The notes under the pieces are model-generated. The model did no database searches. It was given only the letters and a program-made list of their open reading frames with translations, and had not been told where the DNA came from. The translations under genes were made by a program, and so were the position numbers. This document shows, in pieces, positions 25,380 to 49,531 of a DNA stretch of 64,000 nt (within the stretch, counting starts at the first letter, position 1; each line of letters begins with the position of its first letter). Origin of the DNA: Paraspadella gotoi (Eukaryota; Animalia; Chaetognatha). The stretch covers positions 13,013,117 to 13,077,116 of the forward strand of contig CM119270.1 of assembly GCA_051294375.1 (NCBI GenBank), read 5' to 3'.

Positions 25380-28300
25380 ATGGGGGTGGCCTCGTCGGGC
25401 AAAGGAGTTTCGGTGTTCGTCCCGCGTCGTTGCCTGGACAGCCCCTCCGGCCTTTTGTTCGGCTTTCTCTTTCCCGCGGAAACCGGGAACGTCGTCGCTT
25501 GTGCCGTCCTGTTGTTGCCACACTCAGCGTCTCATGGTAAGTCAAAAAATACATATACTTAGATTAATATTTACAGAAGGCTTTATATTAGAAAATGCTC
25601 TTTCGTTTTTTCGAACTGAGAATCGGTTCCGATGAAACTACTAGGCCGACCTCGGTGAAATTTTGCACGAATTAATTTTAGGGCAATAGAAATGGGACTA
25701 TCTGGTGGATTTTTTAAATTTGACTTATGACCCAGAATAGCAATTATCTTTCAGGTAAGCTCAGCCTATTCAATGACATAATAAATAGCCACGCATATAG
25801 ATTATAGAATAACATATGAGTTTATGTCCTCCAAGTGATTTGTTCAGAACCGATTCTCGGTCAGAAAAACGAAGTATGGCAACAGCCGGGTTGCCTGTGA
25901 TGCCCATTAGGATGGGGCATCTCACTGTTGGCTTAGGGGGCTTCCGACCCTCAGTGACACCTCCAGTCACTGGCGCGGTTACATAAGGACGGTCTCGCTT
26001 TGCCAACACAGAGGACTGGATGGAACACAACGCCTGGGATAGTGTGTTCCCCCTTTGAGCCAATGGGATTGGTTGAACGATGATGGACGTGAGGCGGTGT
26101 GAATATACCGCCACAGAAGAGCATTTTCTTATATGAAGACTTCTGTATATGTTTGTAGAGTCTAAAAATATTTTTTTACTGCTGTTTTAGTTAGCTTATC
26201 ACCCCTTTAATATCTGCATCATTATATAAAACTGGTACAACCAATATATTTATTAGTGGTCTAATTCTGGTCGGTGAGTGTTAAAATGTGAAAAAAAAAT
26301 GTTTTCATATCGTTTTTCTAAGACGACTCCGCCTATACGAAGGAAACGAATAAAGTTCCAGACAAAGACTTAACTCTTTTGGGCGTGTGGATAAACGAAG
26401 ACGGTCAACAACGGTTCGAAAATCTCGTCTCTGTAAACGAAAATATCCACTCTCAAGTTTTCTTCATTTTTGACGCAGTAGTAAGTTGTGCTTTGTGCAA
26501 TGTAAATATGAAATTGAAAGTTTGCATGTCAGTGTGGGGGCGCGTTATGCTTATCGCTTTGCTCGCAATTTTCGGTTATTTTGTTATATTTGTTTTATTG
26601 ACCGAAAAGAATTGTGTATTACATTGAACCAAATTTAAAAACTGTTTCATAAGATTTTTAAATAATATGATGTTAAGAAAAGGTTCCTTAATCCTTAACA
26701 TCACTAGCGATACTAATAAATTTCGCAACCATCTGTGCCAATGAAACAAAAGAACAGTCCTTTTCAAATTCTGATGATGCAGTCAAGAAAAAACACATAC
26801 ACCCACTAGATCCTCCTCTCTCTTATTTGGCCATAAGGAGAACTTATTTTTTCCTTTCCATTCTTTTTTTATTTGTTAAGATTTTCTTTCTGTTGTCTAA
26901 AACGACTCTTGATTAGGGTTTTTCTTGATTATAAGAAGGAACGAGTTATCATGCGAGATCCCGTCTTGACTTTAAAGAAAAAGAAATTTAAAAAAATGGG
27001 CGGATCCCGCCCAAAAAAAGAGTCGGGGAAATGATTCATGTTCGTAATTTGAGTGAGTAAAGAGTAAACAAATTATTTAAATTAATTCCTTATTTTGTAA
27101 ATGTTGACGAATTTCTGGGAATTGGTTACACGAGTGGTGTCTGAGAAAATGTTTGAAACGACATTCAAGTTATTTGGCGGAAGAATGAGTGACGAATTCC
27201 ACATTCAATTAATTTTGTTTTGCCTCAGGCACTTTCTCGCTCAATAATCCTGTCGTCCGACGAAACGGAAGACGTGACGACCAGAAGCGAAACGGTTTCT
27301 CGGTTGTACAAATTGGTTCGATCGCCACAAATAACTACGACTGCGTTTCGGGATGCTCACAGCCTGCTCCCCTCTAAAAACGCTTATTCGCCGGATCCCA
27401 TTGAGACGACTAAGTCGACTTCCTGCTCCGTGCAAAAACCCACTAATAATCAATGGATTCGCCCTTTTTTCTGGCTGCTCACGAGCTCGGCCCTGTGTCG
27501 CCAAGTACGTCTCAAGCTTGCCTGTCTCAGCTTTTCTTTTGGGAGGCTGAACGCCGTTACATCGGAAACATCAATTTCCCCGCGGCCTCGTGGAAACGTT
27601 TTTATTCGTCCCAACCTCGCGGCCATTCTCGCGCTTGACCTCCTTTTTGGCGTCGTCGCCTGTCACCTTCTGTGGATGCGAAAGGACTGGATATGTCGCC
27701 AGCGCGTCGTCGAATTGTCTCAGGGGGTCGCCTTCGAATTGAGGAGGCTCATTATTTGGTTGCAGGTGAAGAGGCGACTTTCACTTCACCGCGTCACATC
27801 GTCCTAACTTAACTTTACTTACCTTTTTTTGTAGGGAGCGCCGGCCGGTCTCAAGTTGAACGAGGAACTGTCTCTTTTCATGGGCAACTTTTTTTTCTAC
27901 CATATTCATCTATGGCTTGGGTCAGTTTAGACGCTTTTTTATGCAGCGAGTCTCTTTTCTTCTTTACCAAAGGCGTAATTTTTTTCATTTTTTAGTTATC
28001 TGAGTTTTCTGGAGCCAGTTCTCGAATTCTCTCTTCAAATTCTTCCATGGCTGGGCTGCGTCTTCGGTTTGTCGAGTCAGTTGGCGCTGGTTAACGACCT
28101 TCTCTCTTGTCTTGGGTAAATCTCTTAATACGTGAACTTCAAATGTCTCCACTCTAATTGAAAAGATGTGATTTAACACTTTAGCTAACCAATTTGCCAA
28201 GATATATTAGAAATATGTGTAGGCTATGAAGTTATTAGTAAGGTTTTATAATTTTATTCATTAACAAAAAGGGGCGAGATAATCATAATCTTCAAGTTGA

Positions 28301-29216
28301 TAATACTCCTACTTTCAGTCTCCACATTTACTGCTTCTACGTTTACGCCTCCCGCGTCTACTTTTTCCTCGTCCACGGCCTCGCATCTCTCTTCCGCCTC
28401 TTTCGCGGAAAAAAATGGAACCCCCTGCGCCGCAGGGTCGACTCATTTCAGTTTGATTTCGCCCAACTCTTTCTCGGTAAATCCTTGAGTTACTTTTATT
28501 TTTTTCCTTTTACCTTTAAGGTAATTTAAAAATTTGGGCATTACAGGAACGCTGACATTTACGGTGCTACTTTTTCTATTCCCAACCGGTTTCCTCTACT
28601 ACATCTTTTTTACCTTCCTTCGATTGGCGACGATGGGTAAGGCTCTAGTTTCGTCGAGTTTCTGAAAATATCACCGACGCTGCGACCCTCTTTTTTCCCC
28701 AGGGATTCAATCTTTGCTGACGCTCATCGTAAACGCCATCAATTCCTTTCCGGTTTATTCCCTCCTGCTGCGCTTCGCCGGTTTTCAGCAAACGGCCAAC
28801 AAGGTATAAAATACTATTTAAATAGGATGGTCATTTTTGACCTCTCTCCACATAGTACTTAAAATATGCACTTCTACATCGTGTATGAATTCGCTTCCCA
28901 GCCTTTTTTTGCCGTCCTTCCTATGGAATCAATCTCTTATAAATTGGATTCAAAACCTGGACCCGTGTTTGAACTCAAATTAGAACAGGTGACTAGAATG
29001 GGGGATTGGAGAAAAAAGGGTGAAAATAATCTTAATCCTTATTTTGATTATAAACTTTTTTCTCATCAGGCTAATTACCAGGAGGTATGGGAGGTCAGTC
29101 GCAAAGAGCTTCAACGATTTTGTCATTTTGGGGAGCAAACTAAAAACACCTTTGGCTGGCTAAAAACGCTTGCGAAAAAACTGGCCAATGGACAGCTGAT
29201 AAAATCAACTGATTAA
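25380..29216 (+). CDS. PIGQ: Phosphatidylinositol N-acetylglucosaminyltransferase subunit Q (Gpi1)
   Basis: [74 protein letters not shown]. Confidence 0.9.
25875..26115 (-). mobile_element. 241-bp twister-ribozyme-containing element, copy 3 (PIGQ intron, antisense to host)
   Basis: Minus-strand ends TGTGGC...GCCATA, TSD GAAG (25871-25874, 26116-26119), same length as copy 1. Confidence 0.88.
25926..26008 (-). ncRNA. Twister ribozyme fold, type-P5 permutation (copy 3)
   Basis: Minus strand reads UGUUGGC AAA GCGA GA CCG UCCUUAUG U^AA CCGC GC CAGUGAC-UGGAGGU-GUCACUG AGGG UCGGAAGC CCCC UAA GCCAACA. P5 and P3 are perfect, P1 is weak, catalytic G at 25994. Predicted cleavage between 25981 and 25980. 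Confidence 0.78.
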
Positions 29217-29373
29217 TATGTGATAATTGCCCGTTATTACTCTATTATTTTATACTTTACAAAGATTTTTCTGACAATTACCTCAGGATTCTTTATTAGA
29301 CATACAATTCGTTCTTTAAACTTGCTGCCTTATCTAAACCCAGTTTCAGCTAAATGTGATATGTTTATCATTA

Positions 29374-30239
29374 ATGATGGCTCCTCCCAAAGCAAGGAAA
29401 CTCCTCGTCATGGGATTTCGTGCTGTAGGTAAGCAACTTTACTGCATTTTTATTCTTATTCTCTCCATCATTCCAAAAAAGGATACGATAGAATAGAGAA
29501 CCCTTAACCTATTTTGCCTTTCAAATCTCAAGGGAAGTCGAGTTTGACGATTCAATTTGTGGAAAACCAGTTCGTAGACTCTTACGATCCGACAATAGAG
29601 AACACCTTTCAGAAGCAGCTCAAATATAACGGTCAAGTTTACGACCTTATGATAGTAGACACGGCTGGCCAGGACGAATACTCTATTTTTCCTCAGGTAT
29701 TATGATTCCCATATAATGTAAAATTTTGGGTTTACTTTTTTTATAATTTTCCAGTCGTATTGTATGGACATTCACGGTTATATTTTGGTTTATTCCATCA
29801 ATAACGCCCAATCGTTCGAAGTCTGTAAAGTCATTTATGATAAACTTATGGATCTCGTAGGAAAGGTTCAGGTTCCAATCGTGTTGGTCGGTAAGTCCTT
29901 TATCTCGAATGAATAATTTGAGAAAGTATTGAATTGCCATTTACAATTTAAAGGCAACAAATCCGATCTTAATATGGAGCGCGTCGTTGAGGAGTCCGAA
30001 GCCAAGAAGACCGCGGCTTCCTGGAACGCCTCCTTCATCGAAGCCTCAGCCAAAGTCCCGGGTGCGTGGGACATTAAAATATTTGAAGATAAGAGGAGAA
30101 GTTATTGATTACCTTTACCTCGGCTCTTTCTTTCTTCTTTTCATCAGAATCTGCCAAGGATGTTTTTACCGCCGCTATCCGGGAGATTGAAAAGGCTGAA
30201 GGAATCGCTCCGAAAGAATCCTCGTGTAATATCTCCTAA
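29374..30239 (+). CDS. RHEB: GTP-binding protein Rheb
   Basis: [37 protein letters not shown] (Rheb-specific Arg in G1), [13 protein letters not shown], and a CAAX end CNIS. Confidence 0.95.
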
Positions 30240-30868
30240 TCGCAGAGATGCGTTTGCGGCTGGTCAAACTTTTCCCTTCGCCCACCCCTCTCCAGTTTTC
30301 CCCTCTTTCAAGCTTCCATCACCCATCTCCCAATGTCCTTCATCATTTGATGAGAGAGTATTTTGACATGTACATTGTACAATTGTTATTACTAGATCTT
30401 ATGTTCTGTTTTTCTTTTTGGCGAAATTTCACATCGTGGCGTAATTTGCATCAAATTAGTCGAGTATTTTTTTTTCTTGCTACCGATTTTTAATTTATTT
30501 CTTGAAGGGTCAGTATTTTTATTTTTCTCTTGTGTTTTTTGCCGAAATGATTTGGTCATGATTTAGGCAACACAAAGAAGTTCGGTAAATATCTGCCTTT
30601 CATAGATTAATTATGTACTAATATACGAATTATCGTATGCATTTGTTAGTATAATTTTAGAAATGTTACTGCATACGGCATCCTTATTTCTAAATAAGCA
30701 TTGCTTTCCAGTATCATTTTACAATTCGTTATTTGTATACATTCCCTTCAAGAAGGGTTTTATTTGCAAGAGTTTTTATTTAAATAACGTTCGAAATCCT
30801 TAGTCATTGTTAAACACAAACAGTCATGATTGAAAAACTGGTTCGTTCAACTTGAAACAAAATTAAAA

Positions 30869-31182
30869 ATGGTTTGTGTTCCTTGCATCGTGGTACCACT
30901 GCTGCTTTGGGTTTGGCACAAGTTCATTCAACCGTACGTGCTCATGATCTGGAATCCGTGGGGAAGCAAGAAAGTAGAGGGTGAGTACCGAGTACCTTTT
31001 CCTACTGCGGTTTATTACTTAAACAAGATTCTCGGAATCATCGGTCTTTGCTTTCAGGGGATAAATCGAATGAAAAGACGGAAGCGTCACTCGTGACGGA
31101 AAAGGGTGATCCGTCCTTTGTCAAAAACGACGTCAACGGCATTTCTTGTCCCCTCAAGGGAGAGACTAAAAAGGCGCAGTGA
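30869..31182 (+). CDS. UPF0729 / C18orf32-like small membrane protein (2 exons)
   Basis: Signature N-terminus MVCVPCIVVPLLLWVWHKFIQPYVLMIWNPW. Confidence 0.85.
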
Positions 31183-31527
31183 CCCGGAATGGCGCCATTG
31201 GTGCTTCGACAGAAAAAAAAAACTGATGAATTCTATCCTGTGTACTGAAACTCATTATCAGTAGTTAATCGATGGGCTCTTGTCTTTAACTTTATTTCAA
31301 TGTCAATCTAACTTGTTCATTGCTTATTTATGTCTCATCCACGTCATCGGTTTTCCATTCGGTTATTCTAGTCACTGCACCTTTACTTTTTTTCTTTTCT
31401 ATAGAGAAATCGAAATAAACAGTGATTAAAAATACGATTGTAAAGTTTTTTAAAAATTAGCGTTGCCTTGAAATAACTTATAAAGAGACAAGTTTCCCAA
31501 GAAGTTGGATAATTACGAAACAGCAAA

Positions 31528-43310
<11,783 letters not shown>

Positions 43311-44903
43311 CGACGTTGACGCCGCATTCGACGCCGGTCGTTGCTCCGGCGTGAGTCGAGTCGACGCTTTCACGTTCCTCAAACAAGTCGCGGGAATCGC
43401 TTTTCGAGTTTAAAATGTAAAAAAAATCATCGTCCAGGATTTCTTCATTTCACAAAACCACCGCCGCCAACGACGCAGACGACCACAAAAAACTATTATA
43501 ATCTTTTTTTTTATCGGAATTTTAAAGGACAAAAAAGGGGAATTTGTGCTCTCTCACTTTTTCTCTCGGCGCGCTAAATTTTATTTTTCCCCCTTCCATC
43601 GCCCCTTTCGCTTTTTCATCGTCTTCACTGCCCGACATATCTTTTATTGTCGGGCGATCATGCTTGGCGCCAAAAGCTGCTTCGTTGGTTTAATAATGTA
43701 ATGTTTTTTAATGAATAGTCGTCCAGGTGTATTTTTTAATCTAGTATTTTTGGATGGGGTTCTTCGGCAGTTAATGTGACAGTTTTTAACATTCAGAAAA
43801 CGAGGTTTTTCCATCCGTAAAGCGGTGTGGGCGAATTCGCTCTGAGAGACTCCCACTAGTTTTCTTTTCTATTTTGTCGCCATATTCTAGTCGATATTTT
43901 TCTTTTCTTATTTTGTATTGACGCGGTCATGAATGGCACTGTTTGTAAAGCTAAACGTATATTAATTACCCTTTTAAGAAATCAATTATGTTGTCTTCGG
44001 TTGAAGGTTCATCGATTTTTAGTGTTTCTCACTAAGAAAAGAATTGTTTCGCATTTTCGTCGGACAAAGGCGGAAGACATGTGACCCATAGATGTTGTAT
44101 GTTGCACGTAATTGATAGCACACTCTCTCATTCTTTTTCATTCGATAAGAGTAATTTTTTTCGCATCCCTATTATTAATAACGAAATTTATAATTCGAAA
44201 TTTTTTTTTTAGGGGGAGGATAGAGTCACATGAAGTATTAGACGTTTATTTCGCTCATGTTTATGTAGCAACTAACGTTTTAATTTTATTGTGGCTTCGT
44301 TTATAAGTGTTAGTACTTTTCGATATAATTAGTTAGTAAAATTTTGTAATTGCCATGCGTTATTCTGTAGGGTTGTTGTTAAACTCTGGCCGACATAGTT
44401 TTCGGCAGAATATACATTTGTTAAACGACGATTAAATTTCTCCTTGATCCTTACTGCTATCCTGTACACAAAAAGACTAGACATCGTCGGGTGATCTTAA
44501 AGAATGAGAAATATACAAAAAAAATCTTCACCCCAAAAAAAAACAGTTCTGTTGTTTTCGAGAAAGGTTGAAATTTTGCGAGCAACGCTGTTGTATATTT
44601 TTCATTCTGTATGAATATGTCACCCTCAAAGCGAAAGAAAAACGACAACTAAAAACTTAAATGTTCATGCGATTATTTCCCCTTATACCTATACATATAT
44701 CCTAATACGATCTTACAAGTTCAATTACAAAGGACTTAAAATCTTGGTACGCACTTTTACAAGATTCCTCTCTCATATTTTAGTGCGTTCGCGTCAATAA
44801 GATCTGGTTGTATAGAGATTTTAAAAAAAGAAATTCTGCGACGCTTGAAACCCACACACAAAAAAGAAAAAACTGGAATTTGTTCGTGGTTTCCTCCATT
44901 TCG

Positions 44904-44947
44904 GAAGACGGAGCCGACTCCTCAAGAAGACGGAGCCGACTCCTCAA
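44904..44947 (+). repeat. Perfect 22-bp tandem duplication upstream of the LSM4 ATG
   Basis: GAAGACGGAGCCGACTCCTCAA repeated twice. Confidence 0.85.
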
Positions 44948-44993
44948 GGTCGACAAACTCTCTCATCCCGCTGCCGACATTCGCGTCGAGGCG

Positions 44994-45720
44994 ATGGTGC
45001 TGCCGCTTTCCCTACTGCGGACGGCCGTCAACCATCCCATGCTCGTCGAGTTGAAAAATGGAGAGACATATAACGGTCACCTGGTCTCCTGCGATAACTG
45101 GATGAATATCAATTTGAGGTAACGCGGTTCAAGAGTTAACTTTTTGTTCATTTTCATGTATTCCCGATTTTTGCGCCATTTACCCCGGTTTTACTTTTTT
45201 GTTAGGGAAGTAATCTGCACGTCGCGCGATGGCGACCGATTTTGGCGAATGCCAGAATGCTATGTTAGGGGTGAGTATTTGCATCTCAATGGTGGTAAGG
45301 TTTTTTTGTTTGTTTTTTTTTCCGAAATTTATATGTGGATCATTCTTTAAACTTAGTTTTTTCTGTTCACTGGATTTTTTTTTAATTATCCCATTTCCAG
45401 GATCTACCATTAAGTATCTCCGCATTCCTGACGAAGTTATTGACATGGTTAAGGAAGACGTCATTTCGAAAGGTGTGATATGGACTCGTTTAATCAATTA
45501 CATTAGAACCCCAATTGAAGCTTTAAGTTGGTGCAGGCGGACGCGGCGGTCGTGGTGGAGCCGGGGACAACCCTGGCGGACGCCGAGGAGGATCGATCGG
45601 TCGTGGCGGTTCACGCGGCGGCGGTGCTGGCCGCGGAGGTGGCTCCGGTGGTGGACGCGGGGGTGGCGGGGAGGACGTGGCGGTGGAAGAGGTGGAAGAG
45701 GAGGACAGAGACAAACGTGA
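44994..45720 (+). CDS. LSM4: U6 snRNA-associated Sm-like protein LSm4
   Basis: [78 protein letters not shown] followed by an RGG tail. Confidence 0.96.
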
Positions 45721-46197
45721 TTTTGTGATATTCATATCTCGTTGTTTTGATTTTTCGGTATTCTTTACCAGGTTGTTTTCTTTTTATTTCATAATTCATA
45801 ACAAAAACAATTTCATTTTTCGACTCCATTCTTTGACATAAAAAAGTTTTGTCATGTTCTTCGAATTACATTTTCGACCTTATGCTGGCATATTGATTGA
45901 CTTAGAAAAAGCACAAGCTAGGCGAGATTAATTTAAAATTGCCTAAATCAACAAAACTGCCCACTCTTTTTGTCTTGTTGTTTTAGGCCAGTTTGCTATG
46001 TCTGAAAATGTGTTGCTTTTTATTGAAGTAATGTTTGAGCACAATGCTCGTTTTTGAATAACCGAATGAAAGCTATAACCTCTGGAATTTAAGGAAAATT
46101 TCTAAAAAAGTGCAATTCATGATATTCGGCCATCACACATGACGTCCCTCCAAATTTATTTCATGTTTACAAGGATTTTTAAGAGACCGAAAAACCT

Positions 46198-49016
46198 ATG
46201 GAGGTTCCATTGCGTGGAATCATCTTTAGCGAGTTCCATCCGACCGCGGGACCAAAAATTACTTTTATGGCCCCAGAAAACTGCATGGAGAAGGAAGTAT
46301 TTGACACGGTCTCCTCCTACATCATCCCCAAGCCAGAATTGAAAGACAGGCTTATTACCATCACCACTTTGGATTACAAGATCCTTGGTTGCCCCGTTTG
46401 CATTCAGGTAGCTAAGCTAAGAATTATCGGGAAAAAAATGAAAGCGTTACGTTTGGTGATTATTTACTGTAGGATAAGAAGTACGAAAGAAATGCACTTA
46501 TATTTAACCTCTGTTTCGTTTGTACGGCTCAGTCAAGAACGAAACCTATTGAACCTGTGGTAAGTTAATGAGTTAATAATGACTGAGGAAACGTTCATTG
46601 AAATTTTTATTTTACGGTAAACTCACTTTGTATTTCCATTGAAGGTAAAAAAACTAGCGGATTATTTGACCACGTTGGAGACCGAATCTGATTTTGTGTC
46701 GAACGAGAATAAAAAAATGCAAATACAACCATTAATAGAACAAATTCTGAGAGATTTAAATGAAACCAGGAGGTAAAAAATTTATAATTCTAAAGATAAG
46801 GACGATTACTAATTTGCGGGTTGCTTGTTACAATTTTAAGAGTTTCCCGAGTGCTTTTGCGATGGTTTTTTTTTTCTCGTAGATGTTCCATTACCGTCAA
46901 CGACTCAGTAACTATCTATTTAAAAGTGATTGACCGTCTTCCTCTTGGAGATTCAGGTTTTTGCTTGGCTTTTTTATCCAATGGTGGGGAAGAAACCCCA
47001 TAGTATTTTAATTATGTTAAGAGGAGATATTTCCCCAATAAGAAATCAGTTGTGCCACTTTATTCTAGCTAAAATGTTATTCGGTTGGGAACAAGTCCCC
47101 CCTCCCAGCTGTCCCGTCTCTTTCCCTCCATCCCAATATGCAAAAGAGGCTCCTGACACTGAGGAACCGATGCTTTCTTCAGGTTGTCAACATGAGAAAA
47201 AATTATTAAAGACAATGTGGTGTTTTGTTTAGTATCTGTTTAAAATTTGGTGAAAGAGACTTGTTTGTTTTAAAGAAATTCGTTTCAGAATACGGTTGGG
47301 AAAATCGGGTGCTTGCTTGTGTTCAATGGACGATGTTTTCATTTGAATAGCATGGTTTCCCTTCACTTGGGTATTTTTCATAACCGACGAATGCATTTTC
47401 CGCACATTTTCTTTCTGGGAAAGGTTTTTTTTTTCATAATTTTACTTTCACCGACCACCCAAAAGCTTTTACCGGATTTTTATCTCGCACAAGCAGATAT
47501 GTAGTTTTATTTTTTTAGGCCAACAAATTTCGCAATAATGCCCTGCCTCTGATTGTCTTCGTGTCAAAGGAACTCCTTTCACCGGGTATTTCTTCCTTCC
47601 CCAGATCCTTTCGTGTCTTCCTCCGCCCTGCCCCTCGTGGTCCGCGAGCACGATGTTCCCATCTTTAAGGCGGAGTTGGCGGCGATGTCTCGCGGCGGCA
47701 GCGGCGGCGTCAGCGGCGTCGGCATCGGCCTCTCCGTCGACGAGGACGAGTTTGTCAAGATCAAGAGTCACCTAGACATGACCACGCAGCAGATCCTTCC
47801 TTTTATCGACGGTTTCAGGTGAGACTAATACAAAAAAAACTTACTATCGATGTTCCATTGTTCCAAGTTCACAAAAGCGGTTGGATTTGAGGAATGATAA
47901 CTGGGATAACTGCCTCATGCCCGAATTCGTTCCGCCAAACCCCCCAGGCACGTAAAACGGATCTCTCTCGAGGCGGATGTTGATATAAATCTCGTAAAAA
48001 TCTGTTTGCAAAATTTGCTCCAGTTCGGCTACATACTGATCATACCCATATTTTTGTATAGGTGAATACTGACGACTGATATTTTTGACATGCGTACTAT
48101 TGTAAGTGGAAATAATGTTTTTGTTGAACTCCTAGCAACGTTTACGTGGCCACCGAAGATTTAGACCGGTTGGTTTCGGAGAAAGCGCTCTGGGATCAGT
48201 GTCGCCATTTTGTCAAGAAAAGAACGACCGAAGGAAGGAAGGAATCGGTACAGTATATCATAAAAGATTAAAAATAATGATAGTTGCTTATCATGTTTTT
48301 TTTTTTAATAAGTTTTATTCAGCCTTTTCTCTTTCTGCCCTTCTTTTTCCTGACCCCAGTCCACAGTTCGCCCGAAAACATCGCCTCTATTTCTGAGTCA
48401 TGAATCCGTCGATCTCCTCCCTTCTTTCACCGACGTCTTCACCATTCTCTGTGGAATGAACATGGGCACTCGGATCAAGGATCTTTGCAACAGGTTTTGT
48501 TTTTTCTCGTTTTAAATGAGTATTTTCTATTTTCTTGGAGCCAGACGTCAAGATGTCACGCTATTGGAAGAACAAAGTCAATGGAACTTCGCTCTTTTCC
48601 AGACACGCGCGACATTTTTCGCGAATCGACGTGAAGCGTTTGGTCCAGTTCGGACTCATTCACAAGCTTATCTACTGCGTGCGAAAATACCCCGTGGTGG
48701 TCAATAGCGATTGTCTTTCCAAAAGGCGAGACTCTTGTCCCGATCTCCGATTGCGTTTTATCGCTGTCTGCTCTTCGTTAATTAAAATAGTGACGACTAA
48801 ATACTAAGATGTGCTTGATGTTGATGCGTGATGCTTCTTAAATTTTAAGGTATCGGGATCATATTAAGCTCTTATTTGTACAGGCTACGTCCCTTGGCGC
48901 GCCTGCTAAACGGCGAACGCTCTCTGGACGAAATTGCCTGCCGCGCGGGATTCGACTTTCAAGAGCTGGAGGAGCTCGTGGAGGAAGATCCTGGCGTCGT
49001 AACTGTCATCCGGTGA
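46198..49016 (+). CDS. NPRL2: GATOR1 complex subunit NPRL2
   Basis: [95 protein letters not shown]. Confidence 0.93.
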
Positions 49017-49531
49017 AAGAACTATTCGAAAAGGAAGCGTGAGATAAAATTAAATCATCGACCACGGATTTAAAGATGGGGGGGGGGAAAGAGGCTATCG
49101 CTTGGCTTCAGACGCGACGCCCCGTTTCGCAGGGAATACGTTGCGCTTAAGAGACTGCGTTAAAGGTCGAACCGGTCATTGCTCTTTGAAGTAGCATCGT
49201 GAGCTGGTTTTCTTCGTGATCTGAACTATTTTCGAAAAGATGACTCGATAATATCGATGAACCTTCCGCATTTTTTTTCGGGTTTATCGTTTATTACAAC
49301 TATTTTATTTTTAAATCTTTACAGGAATTTTGGGAATTAAGTTGAAAAAAAGTTTTATTTCCTGGCCATGAATTTTGTCTGGCTCGCAAATCAAAAACTT
49401 TAAAAACGAACCCTAAGCCCAGGCTAATCCTTTTCCATTGCAATAAAAAACTCGACTTCCGCGCGATTCGCCGACATTAACCAAGCAAGCGAGCGAGCTT
49501 CTCTCGGTCCGAGAAGCTCGTGGTGCCCGAG

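Larger units (their letters stand above)
25574..26145. mobile_element. Tc1/mariner-type MITE (~57-bp TIRs, TA TSD) whose right TIR is interrupted by twister element copy 3
   Basis: Left end TA|CAGAAGGCTTTATATTAGAAAATGCTCTTTCGTTTTTTCGAACTGAGAATCGGTTC; right end GAACCGATTCTCGGTCAGAAAAACGAAG[insert]AGCATTTTCTTATATGAAGACTTCTG|TA. Confidence 0.8.

Noticed and set aside
44904-44947. 22-bp repeat as a CRISPR-like or regulatory array
   Set aside because: Only two adjacent units with no spacer, in a eukaryotic context; a simple tandem duplication.
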